23,364 bases of DNA, taken from assembly GCA_031372065.1 (NCBI GenBank), contig JANMKN010000361.1, positions 1 through 23,364 of the forward strand, read 5' to 3'. Each line of letters opens with the position of its first letter. Position 1 is the first letter of the stretch. The notes under the pieces are model-generated. The model was not told the DNA's origin and did no database searches. It was given only the letters and a program-made list of their open reading frames with translations. Position numbers and translations under genes: made by a program. Of the stretch, positions 1 to 8,600 are shown in pieces. This DNA is from Abditibacteriaceae bacterium. Lineage in GTDB: Bacteria; Armatimonadota; Abditibacteriia; Abditibacteriales; Abditibacteriaceae.

Positions 1-302
1 CCCCTCACCCTAACCCTCTCCCCCGAACGCTGCGCTGGGGAGAGGGAACTTCTGTAGCTCGCCCCCCTCACCCTGACCCTCTCCCCCAGTCCGCTTCGCG
101 GGGAGAGGGAAGCAGGCTCAAATGCTGCGGCCCTTCGCCAAAGGGATGAGCAGACAGAGTGATACTACAGTCCCCTCTCCCCAGCGAAGCGATTGGGGGA
201 GAGGGTTAGGGTGAGGGGAGCAAGCTGTAACAGTTCCCTCTCCCCAGCGAAGCGATTGGGGGCCGGGAACCCGCTTTAGCGGGTGGGTGTTAGGGTGAGG
301 GG
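1..302. repeat. Cluster of four boxC-like elements (CCCCTCACCCTAACCCTCTCCCC-loop-GGGGAGAGGG); copies ~1-48 and ~64-110 on +, ~171-218 and ~234-302 on -
   Basis: Directly visible. Within each pair the period is 63 bp and the linkers are related. The architecture matches the enterobacterial boxC element. Confidence 0.85.
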
Positions 303-378
303 AGCGAGCTGCAAAGCAGCTCTTTACTCTTTTTACTTCACGACATTGGGCGCAAGCCCTGCACAACAGGAGATTATT

Positions 379-1347
379 ATGCCGATTACTTCGTATGCGT
401 CTTACAGGCCGACAACGGAAGAGTTTGTAGTGAATTGGGGCCTCGCCAATGGCGAATTGGGTGCTAATCCGATTCTCTTGGCCGGTGATTATGACAGCGC
501 GGAGTTCGTCGCTGACCGCACTACTCTGCTCGCCACCATAGATTTGGTCACGACGCGCGCGGCGGACTCTCGGACGGCTTCGGCTAACCGCGACAGGGCC
601 AAATATGCCCTTCTCACACGCGGAAAACAGTTTCGCGGTGAAGTGCAGGGACAAATCACCGACAAAGATTATCTGCGCGAACTGACCACTGTGCCCCCTC
701 TTTCCGCCGATTACGACAAGTTTTCGCAGCCTCTGCGCGCTATGGCTCGCCTTTGGGCACGCATCAACGCTAATTTGGTGCAGTTGCAGATGAGCAACCC
801 GCTGATACTGGCCGGAGGCTACACTTTGGCGCAATTTCAGACCGATTTGGATGCTTTAGCGGGCCTTTATGAAGCACTTGAAGTCAGCGAAGGTTTGTTG
901 GGACAAACACGCGCTCTGCGTGACAATCAGGCAAAAGCGATTCATCAGCGAATGTTTCAATATCGCAAGTTGGCACCGGCGCGACTGCCGAAAAATAGTC
1001 CGGCGCTGGCACATTTGCCACGTTTGTCGCCCGGTAAAGGCACACTTCCGCCTCCTGTTGTCGTCACTGGCGCGTGGGATCAGCAAATTGGCACCGCCCG
1101 TCTAACGTGGGCGGCTTCCACAGCGCCCGATTTATTAAAACTGCAACTGCGCGGCTGTCCCGGCGCCACTTTTAAGGCCAGTAATGAAGAAATTGTCGCC
1201 GATTTACCGGCTGGCGCGACGCATTGGGAAGGCGATTGGGCCTTAAGTGTGCCCGGCAGCATCGCCTCGTTTAAGGTTTACGTCATGACGACCACCGGCA
1301 ACGAAAACGGCGGCAAAGCGGTGAAGATCGTGCGGCCAGAAACGTAA
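379..1347 (+). CDS. Hypothetical protein (322 aa): tandem-duplicated helical domain plus C-terminal fibronectin type III-like domain
   Basis: AGGAG at 368-372 precedes ATG 379; the longer ORF-track start lies inside the repeat. Internal repeat at offset 110 aa. C-terminal beta-rich pattern 'ARLTWAAS...PGSIASFKVYVMTTTGNENGGKAVKI'. No signal peptide. Confidence 0.85.
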   Translation: MPITSYASYRPTTEEFVVNWGLANGELGANPILLAGDYDSAEFVADRTTLLATIDLVTTRAADSRTASANRDRAKYALLTRGKQFRGEVQGQITDKDYLRELTTVPPLSADYDKFSQPLRAMARLWARINANLVQLQMSNPLILAGGYTLAQFQTDLDALAGLYEALEVSEGLLGQTRALRDNQAKAIHQRMFQYRKLAPARLPKNSPALAHLPRLSPGKGTLPPPVVVTGAWDQQIGTARLTWAASTAPDLLKLQLRGCPGATFKASNEEIVADLPAGATHWEGDWALSVPGSIASFKVYVMTTTGNENGGKAVKIVRPET

Positions 1348-1362
1348 GACGGAGACGCCGAT

Positions 1363-1409
1363 GTAGGGACACGCTATGGCGTGTCCGGGCACGCCGTAGC
1401 GTGCCCTAC
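1363..1409. repeat. Inverted doublet of GTAG-family REP-like palindromes (1363-1386 / 1387-1409)
   Basis: GTAGGGACACGCTATGGCGTGTCC is followed immediately by GGGCACGCCGTAGCGTGCCCTAC; each is also an internal hairpin. Confidence 0.85.
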
Positions 1410-1452
1410 GATTTGATAGCACTTAACGGATTGGCGACTACAACCGGAGGCA

Positions 1453-1514
1453 GCGAACCCAGAGCGTGAGCGACGGGCTTGGCCTTCAGCCCGTCGCTCA
1501 CGCTCTGGGTTCGC
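1453..1514. repeat. Perfect 27-bp inverted repeat with 8-nt loop (REP-like)
   Basis: GCGAACCCAGAGCGTGAGCGACGGGCT (1453-1479) and its exact reverse complement (1488-1514). Confidence 0.9.
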
Positions 1515-1560
1515 CGTAGCTTTTCCCTGTTAAGGGCTATATCCCTTGCACACAAAATCA

Positions 1561-1584
1561 GGGCACGCCGTAGCGTGCCCCTAC
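1561..1584 (-). repeat. Third GTAG-family REP copy
   Basis: GGGCACGCCGTAGCGTGCCCCTAC, nearly identical to 1387-1409. Confidence 0.85.
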
Positions 1585-1601
1585 GGGTCATTTCTCCCCA
1601 C

Positions 1602-1636
1602 AAAACAAAAACGGAGCGATAAATTCGCTCCGTTTT
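1602..1636 (-). terminator. Intrinsic terminator for the LTxxQ-protein operon
   Basis: Minus strand reads AAAACGGAGCGA-ATTTA-TCGCTCCGTTTTTGTTTT, just after the stop at 1645. Confidence 0.8.
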
Positions 1637-1644
1637 CGTCTTCT

Positions 1645-2262
1645 TTAGGCCCCTGGCGGGGCACTTGGGCCGCCGGGGGGCTTGCATCCCGGCTTATCGC
1701 CCGGTTTGCCTTCCGGTGGCTTGGGTGGAGGCGGCGGACGCAGGGCTTCGTCGGTTTCTTCGGGTGTCAGACCCGTGCTACTGGCGATGCTTTCCACTAA
1801 TTCGTCGTGAATCTTTTTCAAGGCATCGCGACGCGCTTTCATAATATCGCGCAGGGCTTGAATTTCGGCTTGCGTCAGCTTGTGACCGACCAATTCAGAC
1901 AACGTTTGCACCAAGGGCGCACGTTTTTGCAGGGCGGCTTTGACTTGATCTACGGTCAGGCCAAACGTATCGGCGATGTCTTCCACCGCAGTGGCGTTGG
2001 CTTCTTCAATTTCGTCTTTGGCCGCCTTCAATGCCGCTTTGATTTCGTTGACTTCGGCCTCGGTGAGAGCGCGGCCCAATTTCGCGGCGATGTTATCCAG
2101 CACCGCTTGCCCCGGATTAGGGCGAGGCGGCGGAGTTGTGCTGCTGCCAGCACTGGATGCGGCCCGTATTGGCGTCGCGATGCTCATCAGACCCGTCGTT
2201 GCCACCGCCAAAGCCAGCATCAGGGCTTTGGTTGCGTTCTTTTTCACTGCGTTGCGTTTCAT
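1645..2262 (-). CDS. Exported helical protein with duplicated LTxx(Q/E) unit (Spy/CpxP-like), Pro-rich ends
   Basis: SD AGGAG; basic/hydrophobic signal peptide; LTEAE, LTVDQ, LTQAE and LTPEE motifs; 63-aa internal repeat. Confidence 0.8.
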   Translation of the reverse strand: MKRNAVKKNATKALMLALAVATTGLMSIATPIRAASSAGSSTTPPPRPNPGQAVLDNIAAKLGRALTEAEVNEIKAALKAAKDEIEEANATAVEDIADTFGLTVDQVKAALQKRAPLVQTLSELVGHKLTQAEIQALRDIMKARRDALKKIHDELVESIASSTGLTPEETDEALRPPPPPKPPEGKPGDKPGCKPPGGPSAPPGA

Positions 2263-2295
2263 TTTCTAATCTCCTGAATTCTCAATCGCTTGTTT

Positions 2296-2949
2296 TTAAC
2301 GTCCGCCGCGTCCGCCACCACGCGGGCCGGGGCCACCGCGCTCCCCGCCGGGGCCGCCGCGCTCCCCACCGGGGCCACCTGCGCGCTGGCCGCCTCCACG
2401 AGGGCCACGCCCACCACCGGGAGGGCCGTCTGCGGCAGACATTTGGGCTTCCATGCGGGTCAATTGCTGCTTTTGTTCGGCAGTGAGAACGGCTTCGAGA
2501 TTGGCACGCGTCTGTGTTTGCAGCTTGGCTTGCTCTTCGCGCAACGCTTCCATCTTTTCGCGTTCAAAGTCCAGCATCTTGGTGACTTTTTCTTTTTGCG
2601 TATCGGTCAAGTTCAATTGGCCGATGATTTCATCGAGCATTGGGCCGTGCGCGTGACCGTCTTGCCCTTCCATGCCGTTCGGCGGCGGGCCGGGAGGGCC
2701 ACCTTGCCATCCGTCCGGGCCACCGCGCCCACCGGGGCCACCGGGAGGGCCATCAAAACCGCCACCGGGCGGGCCACCGCGCCCATCGCGGGGCGGGCCG
2801 TCGAAAGAGACATCGCGCAGATTGCTCGATGCGCTTTTCGTGGCGGCTTTTTGTTGCGCCACCGACACAGTGGGAGGGGCCACAAAGGAGCCAAGGGCAA
2901 CCCCAAACAGTCCTGTGGTAGCCGCAATGCCGATTGTTTTGTTTTTCAT
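2296..2949 (-). CDS. Spy/CpxP-family (LTxxQ) periplasmic protein with Gly/Pro/Arg-rich flanks
   Basis: SD AGGAG; signal peptide; 'QLNLTDTQKEKV' and 'VLTAEQKQQL'; divergent from a cpxR-like gene, as in the cpxP-cpxRA layout. Confidence 0.85.
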   Translation of the reverse strand: MKNKTIGIAATTGLFGVALGSFVAPPTVSVAQQKAATKSASSNLRDVSFDGPPRDGRGGPPGGGFDGPPGGPGGRGGPDGWQGGPPGPPPNGMEGQDGHAHGPMLDEIIGQLNLTDTQKEKVTKMLDFEREKMEALREEQAKLQTQTRANLEAVLTAEQKQQLTRMEAQMSAADGPPGGGRGPRGGGQRAGGPGGERGGPGGERGGPGPRGGGRGGR

Positions 2950-3063
2950 CGTTTCTTCTCCTGCGAACGCTGTTATTTCGGCCTCAGCGTTCTGCTTGAT
3001 TTAAATTATGCCGCAAGAAATCTGGCGATAGTCTGGCGCGCTTGCGAACAAACTTGATGTTCT

Positions 3064-3078
3064 GTGAAGAATCGTGAA
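3064..3078. promoter_or_regulatory. Candidate CpxR-type binding site GTGAA-N5-GTGAA
   Basis: Direct repeat with 10-bp period in the divergent intergenic region; same geometry as the E. coli CpxR box GTAAA-N5-GTAAA. Confidence 0.5.
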
Positions 3079-3144
3079 GTGTTTTGTCAAGCAATGCCCT
3101 GCACTGCGTCATCGCTTTAAACTGAGACCAAAGGGGCACATTTT

Positions 3145-3870
3145 ATGGAGCAGGTTTTGATGATTGACGACGACACCGAACTGTGCGACATGGTCGCGGA
3201 ATATCTGACGCTGGAAGAGTTCGCAGTTACGGCGGTGCATGACGGCTTGAGCGGCATCGAACGGGCGCGCACCGGTGATTTTTCCCTCGTGCTTTTAGAT
3301 GTGATGCTGCCGGGCTTAAACGGCTTTGAAGTGCTGCGTCGCCTGCGCGCCAGTGACACGCCCGGCGCCGATATTCCCGTTCTCATGCTGACAGCGCGCG
3401 GCAACGCCGTTGATCGCATCGTCGGCTTGGAAGTCGGCGCCGATGATTATTTGCCCAAACCCTTCGACGAACGCGAATTAGTGGCCCGAATGCGCGCCAT
3501 TTTGCGGCGCACACGCACCACAACACGCGAAGGCGCGCCCACAAGCGAAGCCTCGTCGCGCGAAACCTTGCACGTTGGCGATGTCATGGTAGATGTAGGG
3601 GCACGCATCGCGCGGCGCGCTGGCGAAGAACTAATCTTGACCGCTGTCGAGTTCGACACGTTAGTTTTGCTGCTGCGCGCGGCAGGCACTGTTGTCAGCC
3701 GGGAACTGATTACCAAAGAAGTTTTGGATCGCAAGCTGGTCGCCTTTGATCGCAGCGTGGACACGCATATCAGTCGCCTGCGCCGCAAGCTCGGCCCGCA
3801 TCCTAATGGCGCCGAGCGCCTTAAAACAGTGCGCGGCATCGGCTATATTTACGCTTTGGCCGGAGGGTGA
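3145..3870 (+). CDS. cpxR: OmpR-family response regulator, CpxR-like
   Basis: Receiver motifs 'IDDD', 'LLDVMLP', 'MLTARG', 'GADDYLPKPF'; winged helix 'FDRSVDTHISRLRRKL...KTVRGIGY'. Confidence 0.92.
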   Translation: MEQVLMIDDDTELCDMVAEYLTLEEFAVTAVHDGLSGIERARTGDFSLVLLDVMLPGLNGFEVLRRLRASDTPGADIPVLMLTARGNAVDRIVGLEVGADDYLPKPFDERELVARMRAILRRTRTTTREGAPTSEASSRETLHVGDVMVDVGARIARRAGEELILTAVEFDTLVLLLRAAGTVVSRELITKEVLDRKLVAFDRSVDTHISRLRRKLGPHPNGAERLKTVRGIGYIYALAGG

Positions 3871-3982
3871 GGCAGTGGGCAGGAGGCGGTAGGCAGGAGG
3901 CGGTAAGCAGGGGGCAGAAACTTATGCTTCTACTCAGTGCTTACCGCCTCCTGCCCACCGCCTCCTGCCTACTGACCACTGA
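3871..3982. repeat. Inverted arrays of heptamer repeats (GGCAGGA/GGCGGTA type) forming a 37-bp stem
   Basis: Seven heptamers at 3871-3919; arms 3873-3909 and 3938-3974 match at 35/37. Confidence 0.9.
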
Positions 3983-3984
3983 AA

Positions 3985-5586
3985 ATGCATCGTTTATTCT
4001 GGAAAATCTTCGGTTGGTTTTGGGGCGCGATGGTCTTAATCGGCCTGACGCTGTATTTTGTGGTGCTGACCACGCGTCCCGACCCGTTGCCGATGGCGTG
4101 GCGCGATACTGCCGAGGCCGGTTTGCGCGTTACAGGCCGCAATGCGGCACAAGCCTACGAAACAGGCGGACAAACCCAACTTTTAGCGTATCTCAGCAGC
4201 GAAGCGCACCTCTCCAACACGCGTTATTGGCTTTTTGATAGCGTTGGACACGAACTTTCCGGCGTTCCCCTACCCGATCCCGAACACCGAGGCGCCGATG
4301 CAACCAATAATGCCGCCAATAGCGCGACAGAGAATGTCGCAACGGCTAACACAGCGCCCACACCAACCGCCAATGCCGACAATACTTTGCCGCCCGACCC
4401 GCCTCACACCGGTTTAATGGCCTTTCTTTATGGCGATGCCACTCCGCCTTCGCCGCAGCAAATAGAGAAACTGCGCAATCGCGCCATTCAAGAACAAGAA
4501 GCCATCTTTCAAAGCGCCGGGCCGCGCACGATGGCGACGATTGTGGTGCAAAGCAGCCGAAAATCGTATGTTTTAGCCGCCGTGATGCCCAGTCCGCGTT
4601 TCGGGCGCCCGACTACCGATCCGCAAACGCAGTTTCTCGGTGGTTTAGCGGCGTTGGGCATCAGTGGATTCTTCTGTTTTTGGCTGGTGTTTTACATCAC
4701 GAGGCCGCTCACTTCGTTGCGCGAAGCCACGCGCCAATTGGCCGAGGGCGATCTATCGGCGCGCACCGGGGCAGACAAACACAAACGCCGCGATGAAGTC
4801 GCCAATTTAGGCCGTGATTTCGACTCAATGGCCGAACGCATCGAGATTCTGATGAACGCGCAAACGCAACTCTTAGGCGACATTTCGCATGAATTGCGCT
4901 CACCATTGACGCGCATCAGCATGGCGTTGGCCTTGGCGCGCCGCCATGCGACCAATGGCAATTCGGGCAACGAGTTGCTGGCGACCTTAGATCGCATCGG
5001 ACGCGAAACTGGACGCCTCAACATTTTAATCGGCCAGCTATTGGAATTAACGCGCCTCGAAAGCGGCGAGGCGAAGCGCGAGCCGCTCGATTTGGCGCAA
5101 TTGGCGCGCGAAGTAGTGTCGGACGCCGAGTTTGAAGCCAAAAACACCGGGCGCGCGGTAGATATTGTCGCCAACGAACGCTGTTTGACGAACGGCTCGC
5201 GCGAACTTTTGCGGAGCGCTTTAGACAATGTGATTCGCAACGCTTTGCGTCACACCGAGCCGGGCACCACAGTTCATGTCAATCTGCTGCGCCACGACGA
5301 ATTCATTTTAGTTCGCGTGCGCGATCACGGCACCGGAGCGCCTTCGGAATCGCTCAAAAAGCTGTTCGATCCCTTTTATCGCGTCGAAAGTGCGCGTGAC
5401 CGGCGCAGCGGCGGCGTCGGTTTGGGCCTTGCCATCACGCAGCGCGCTATTCGCTCGCACGGCGGCAACATTACAGCGCGCAACTCTGATAAAGGCGGCC
5501 TCGAAATCGTCATGTGCCTGCCCGCCGAAGATTGGGAAGCGCAAATTGACAAAATGTTTGAAGAAGAAAGCATCATTCCACCGTAA
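3985..5586 (+). CDS. cpxA: HAMP-domain sensor histidine kinase, CpxA-like
   Basis: Two TM segments, HAMP ('ITRPLTSLREA...DEVANLGRDFDSM'), H-box 'DISHELRSPL', N-box 'NVIRNALRH', 'DHGTG', 'FDPFYR', 'GGVGLGLAI'. Confidence 0.92.
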   Translation: MHRLFWKIFGWFWGAMVLIGLTLYFVVLTTRPDPLPMAWRDTAEAGLRVTGRNAAQAYETGGQTQLLAYLSSEAHLSNTRYWLFDSVGHELSGVPLPDPEHRGADATNNAANSATENVATANTAPTPTANADNTLPPDPPHTGLMAFLYGDATPPSPQQIEKLRNRAIQEQEAIFQSAGPRTMATIVVQSSRKSYVLAAVMPSPRFGRPTTDPQTQFLGGLAALGISGFFCFWLVFYITRPLTSLREATRQLAEGDLSARTGADKHKRRDEVANLGRDFDSMAERIEILMNAQTQLLGDISHELRSPLTRISMALALARRHATNGNSGNELLATLDRIGRETGRLNILIGQLLELTRLESGEAKREPLDLAQLAREVVSDAEFEAKNTGRAVDIVANERCLTNGSRELLRSALDNVIRNALRHTEPGTTVHVNLLRHDEFILVRVRDHGTGAPSESLKKLFDPFYRVESARDRRSGGVGLGLAITQRAIRSHGGNITARNSDKGGLEIVMCLPAEDWEAQIDKMFEEESIIPP

Positions 5587-5649
5587 AAATTCGCCAAACA
5601 AAAGTTCGCCTTTCGCGCGTCAATCGAGACAAACTATCGGTTCATTATA

Positions 5650-8600
5650 ATGCGCCACAAACAGAACACTCTCCGCCTTTTCCTCGCCGCGCTTGGCTTG
5701 ATTCATCCAGCAGGCGCTGCGCCGGTAGATTTCGCGCGCGAAGTGCGGCCCATTTTTCAGCAAAAATGCGAATCCTGCCACGGCGCCGCCAAACAAAAAA
5801 GCGGTTTGCGCCTTGACCGCAAAGAGGACGCCTTGCGCGGCGGCGACAACATTTCGCCGCTTATCAAACCCGGCGATGCCAATGGCAGCGCGCTTTTAAA
5901 AATCGTCAGCGGGCAGCAGCCCAATTTAATCATGCCGCCCAACGGCGACAAATTAACGCCCGCACAAGTTGAAATCTTGCGCCGCTGGATTGACGAAGGC
6001 GCCAAGTGGCAGGATGCAGAAACGAATCCCGCGAAAAACCATTGGGCGTTTCAACCGCTTAAGCGCCCAGTCGTGCCGCAAATCAAAAATTCCAAAACCG
6101 CGCCGCGCAACGCCCTTGATAATTTCCTCATCGCCAAATTGCAAGAACGCGGCTTGCAATTTTCGCCCGAAGCCGACAAACCGACGATCATTCGCCGCCT
6201 CTATTTTTCGCTGATTGGTTTGCCACCTTCGCCCGAAGAAATCGAGAGTTTCGTGGCCGATAAAGACCCGCAAGCCTACGAGAAACTCGTTGATAAATTA
6301 CTCGCTTCGCCGCGCTATGGCGAAAAATGGGCGCGTCACTGGCTGGATGTGGTGCGCTTCGCGGAAAGCAACGGCTTCGAGATGAATCGCGCGCGCGACA
6401 AAGCGTGGCCTTATCGCGATTATGTGATTGAAGCCTTCAACGACGACAAGCCGTATGACCGCTTTCTCATCGAACAGATCGCAGGCGATCAACTCGGCGC
6501 CGACGCCGCGACGGGTTTTCTGGTGGGCGGCTCGTGGGATCAAGTGAAAAGCCCCGATCCGGTTTTAACCGCGCAGCAACGCTCCGACGAATTGCACGAC
6601 ATGGTTAGCACAACCGGCAGCGCCTTTTTGGGCCTGACCGTTGGTTGCGCGCGCTGTCACGCGCATAAATTCGACCCGATTTCGCAGACCGATTATTTTC
6701 GTTTTGTGGCCGATTTTTCTGGCGTGCAACATGGCGAACGTCCGATGCACCCCGCCGATTTCGAAGCGCGTTTGCAAAAAATCGCGGCGCTCAAAACCGT
6801 AAGCGCCGCGCTCGATAAACAACTCGAAAAATTCCGTCCGATGGCGCGTTTGGGACAGCGCCTCTTGCTTGATGATAAGTCGCCCCTGACCGCGCAAATC
6901 GAAGCGCCGGTCAACGCCAGCGTGGAATATTCGCCCGGCACCGAACGCGGCCAAATGAATGACGCGGGCGATGCGGCGCGCCTGCCGAATCTCGGTTTAC
7001 ATTATCGTTATTGGGAGGCTAAAGCGGGCGAATCGCGCGATTTCTTTCGCTGGAATCCCCAGGGAGAAGGGTTTTTCCGCATTTGGCTCTCCTGGGGCGT
7101 GTGGACAACTCATGCCAAAGATGCACGTTATATTCTCGACCTTGATGGAGACTTAAACACCACGCAAGATCAAAGCGAAATCGCCACCATAAATCAAAGC
7201 CAGTTCGCCGATGGCACGCCCGCCATCGCCAATCAAAAACGGTGGAGTGATTTTAAGTTGGGCGGCATTTATTCCCTGCAACCGTCCTCCTGCATTGTGC
7301 TGCGTGGTGGAACTCTTGGTGGTCCAACTGTAGCCGACGCGCTTTTATTGGAAGAAGTGCATGCAGCAACTTCTACACCTACCCTGCCCCATTTGCGTGC
7401 GTCGGTTTCGCCAAGCGCCAACACCGAAACCTTCGCGCCCATCGAAGCGAAGTTTGTGCGCTTCACGATTTCAAAAACCAACAGCGCCGAACCGTGCCTT
7501 GATGAACTGGAAGTCTTCGCCGGTGAACGCAATGTCGCAGCAAAAAATTCCGGCGCTTTAGCCACCGCGTCGGGCACTTTGCCGGGCTATGCCATTCACA
7601 AACTGGAACACATCAACGACGGCTCCTTTGGCAACGCGCACAGTTGGATTTCGGATCAAGCGGGTAGCGGTTGGGTGCAAATCGAATTCGCCCAAATTGA
7701 AAGTATCAATCGCATCGTGTGGAGCCGTGACCGGCAAGCGCCAGACAAACAACAAGACAAACAATTTGATGACCGTTTGGCTATCGGCTACGTTATTGAG
7801 GCTTCGCGCGATGGCAAAACATGGCAAAAAGTCGCGTCCTCGGCAGACCGTTTGCCGGATAGTTTTCGCCCGCGCATTACGGAAATTCGCACGCTCGAAA
7901 ACCTTTCCGACAACCAGCAAAAAGCTGCCGCGCAGTTGGTGACGCGCCACGCCGAACTGCAAAAAACGATGGCCGATTTGGGCGCGTGGCCGGATGTTTA
8001 TGCCGGACAATTTTCGCCGCCGCCAGCGACTTATCGCTTATCGCGCGGCGACCCGATGCAGCCCAAAGAAGTTGTCGCACCGGGCGCTTTATCGTCTTTT
8101 GGCGCGCCGTTGGAATTGCCCGATGCAACGCCCGAAGCCGCGCGGCGCATGGCCTTGGCGAAGTGGATTGCCGACCCGCAGCATCCTTTAACGGCGCGCG
8201 TTTTAGTCAACCGTTTGTGGCTTTATAATTTCGGCAACGGCATCGTGGACACGCCCAGCGATTTCGGTTTGAACGGCGCTGCGCCCTCGCATCCCCAACT
8301 GCTCGATTGGTTGGCGTCTGAATTTATCTCTCAGAAATGGAGCATCAAACAAATGCAGCGCCTGATAGTGAATAGCGCGGCGTTTCGTCAAAGCAGCGCA
8401 CCGAGCAAAGACGGTTTAGCTGCCGATGCCGGCGCGAAATTGTTATGGCGCTTTCCGCCGCGCCGCTTGGAAGCCGAAGCCCTGCGCGACAGCGTTTTGC
8501 AAATCAGCGGCAAACTTGATTTAAAAATGGGCGGCGCGGGTTTCGATTTATTTGAGCCAAACGATAACTACGTTAAGATTTATAAATCGAAGCAAACTTT

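Noticed and set aside
1..302. CRISPR array
   Set aside because: Units are in both orientations and the linkers are similar rather than unique spacers; no cas genes.
283..378. N-terminal extension of the first CDS
   Set aside because: It starts inside the repeat; the SD supports ATG 379.
118..834. 238-aa minus-strand ORF
   Set aside because: Antisense shadow of 379-1347; its repeated C-terminal peptide is just translated boxC DNA.
2290..3057. 255-aa plus-strand ORF and other overlapping ORFs
   Set aside because: Shadows of the GC-rich Gly/Pro gene on the minus strand.
3867..4238. 123-aa ORF overlapping the cpxR stop
   Set aside because: Its N-terminus is translated heptamer repeat and the rest overlaps cpxA out of frame.
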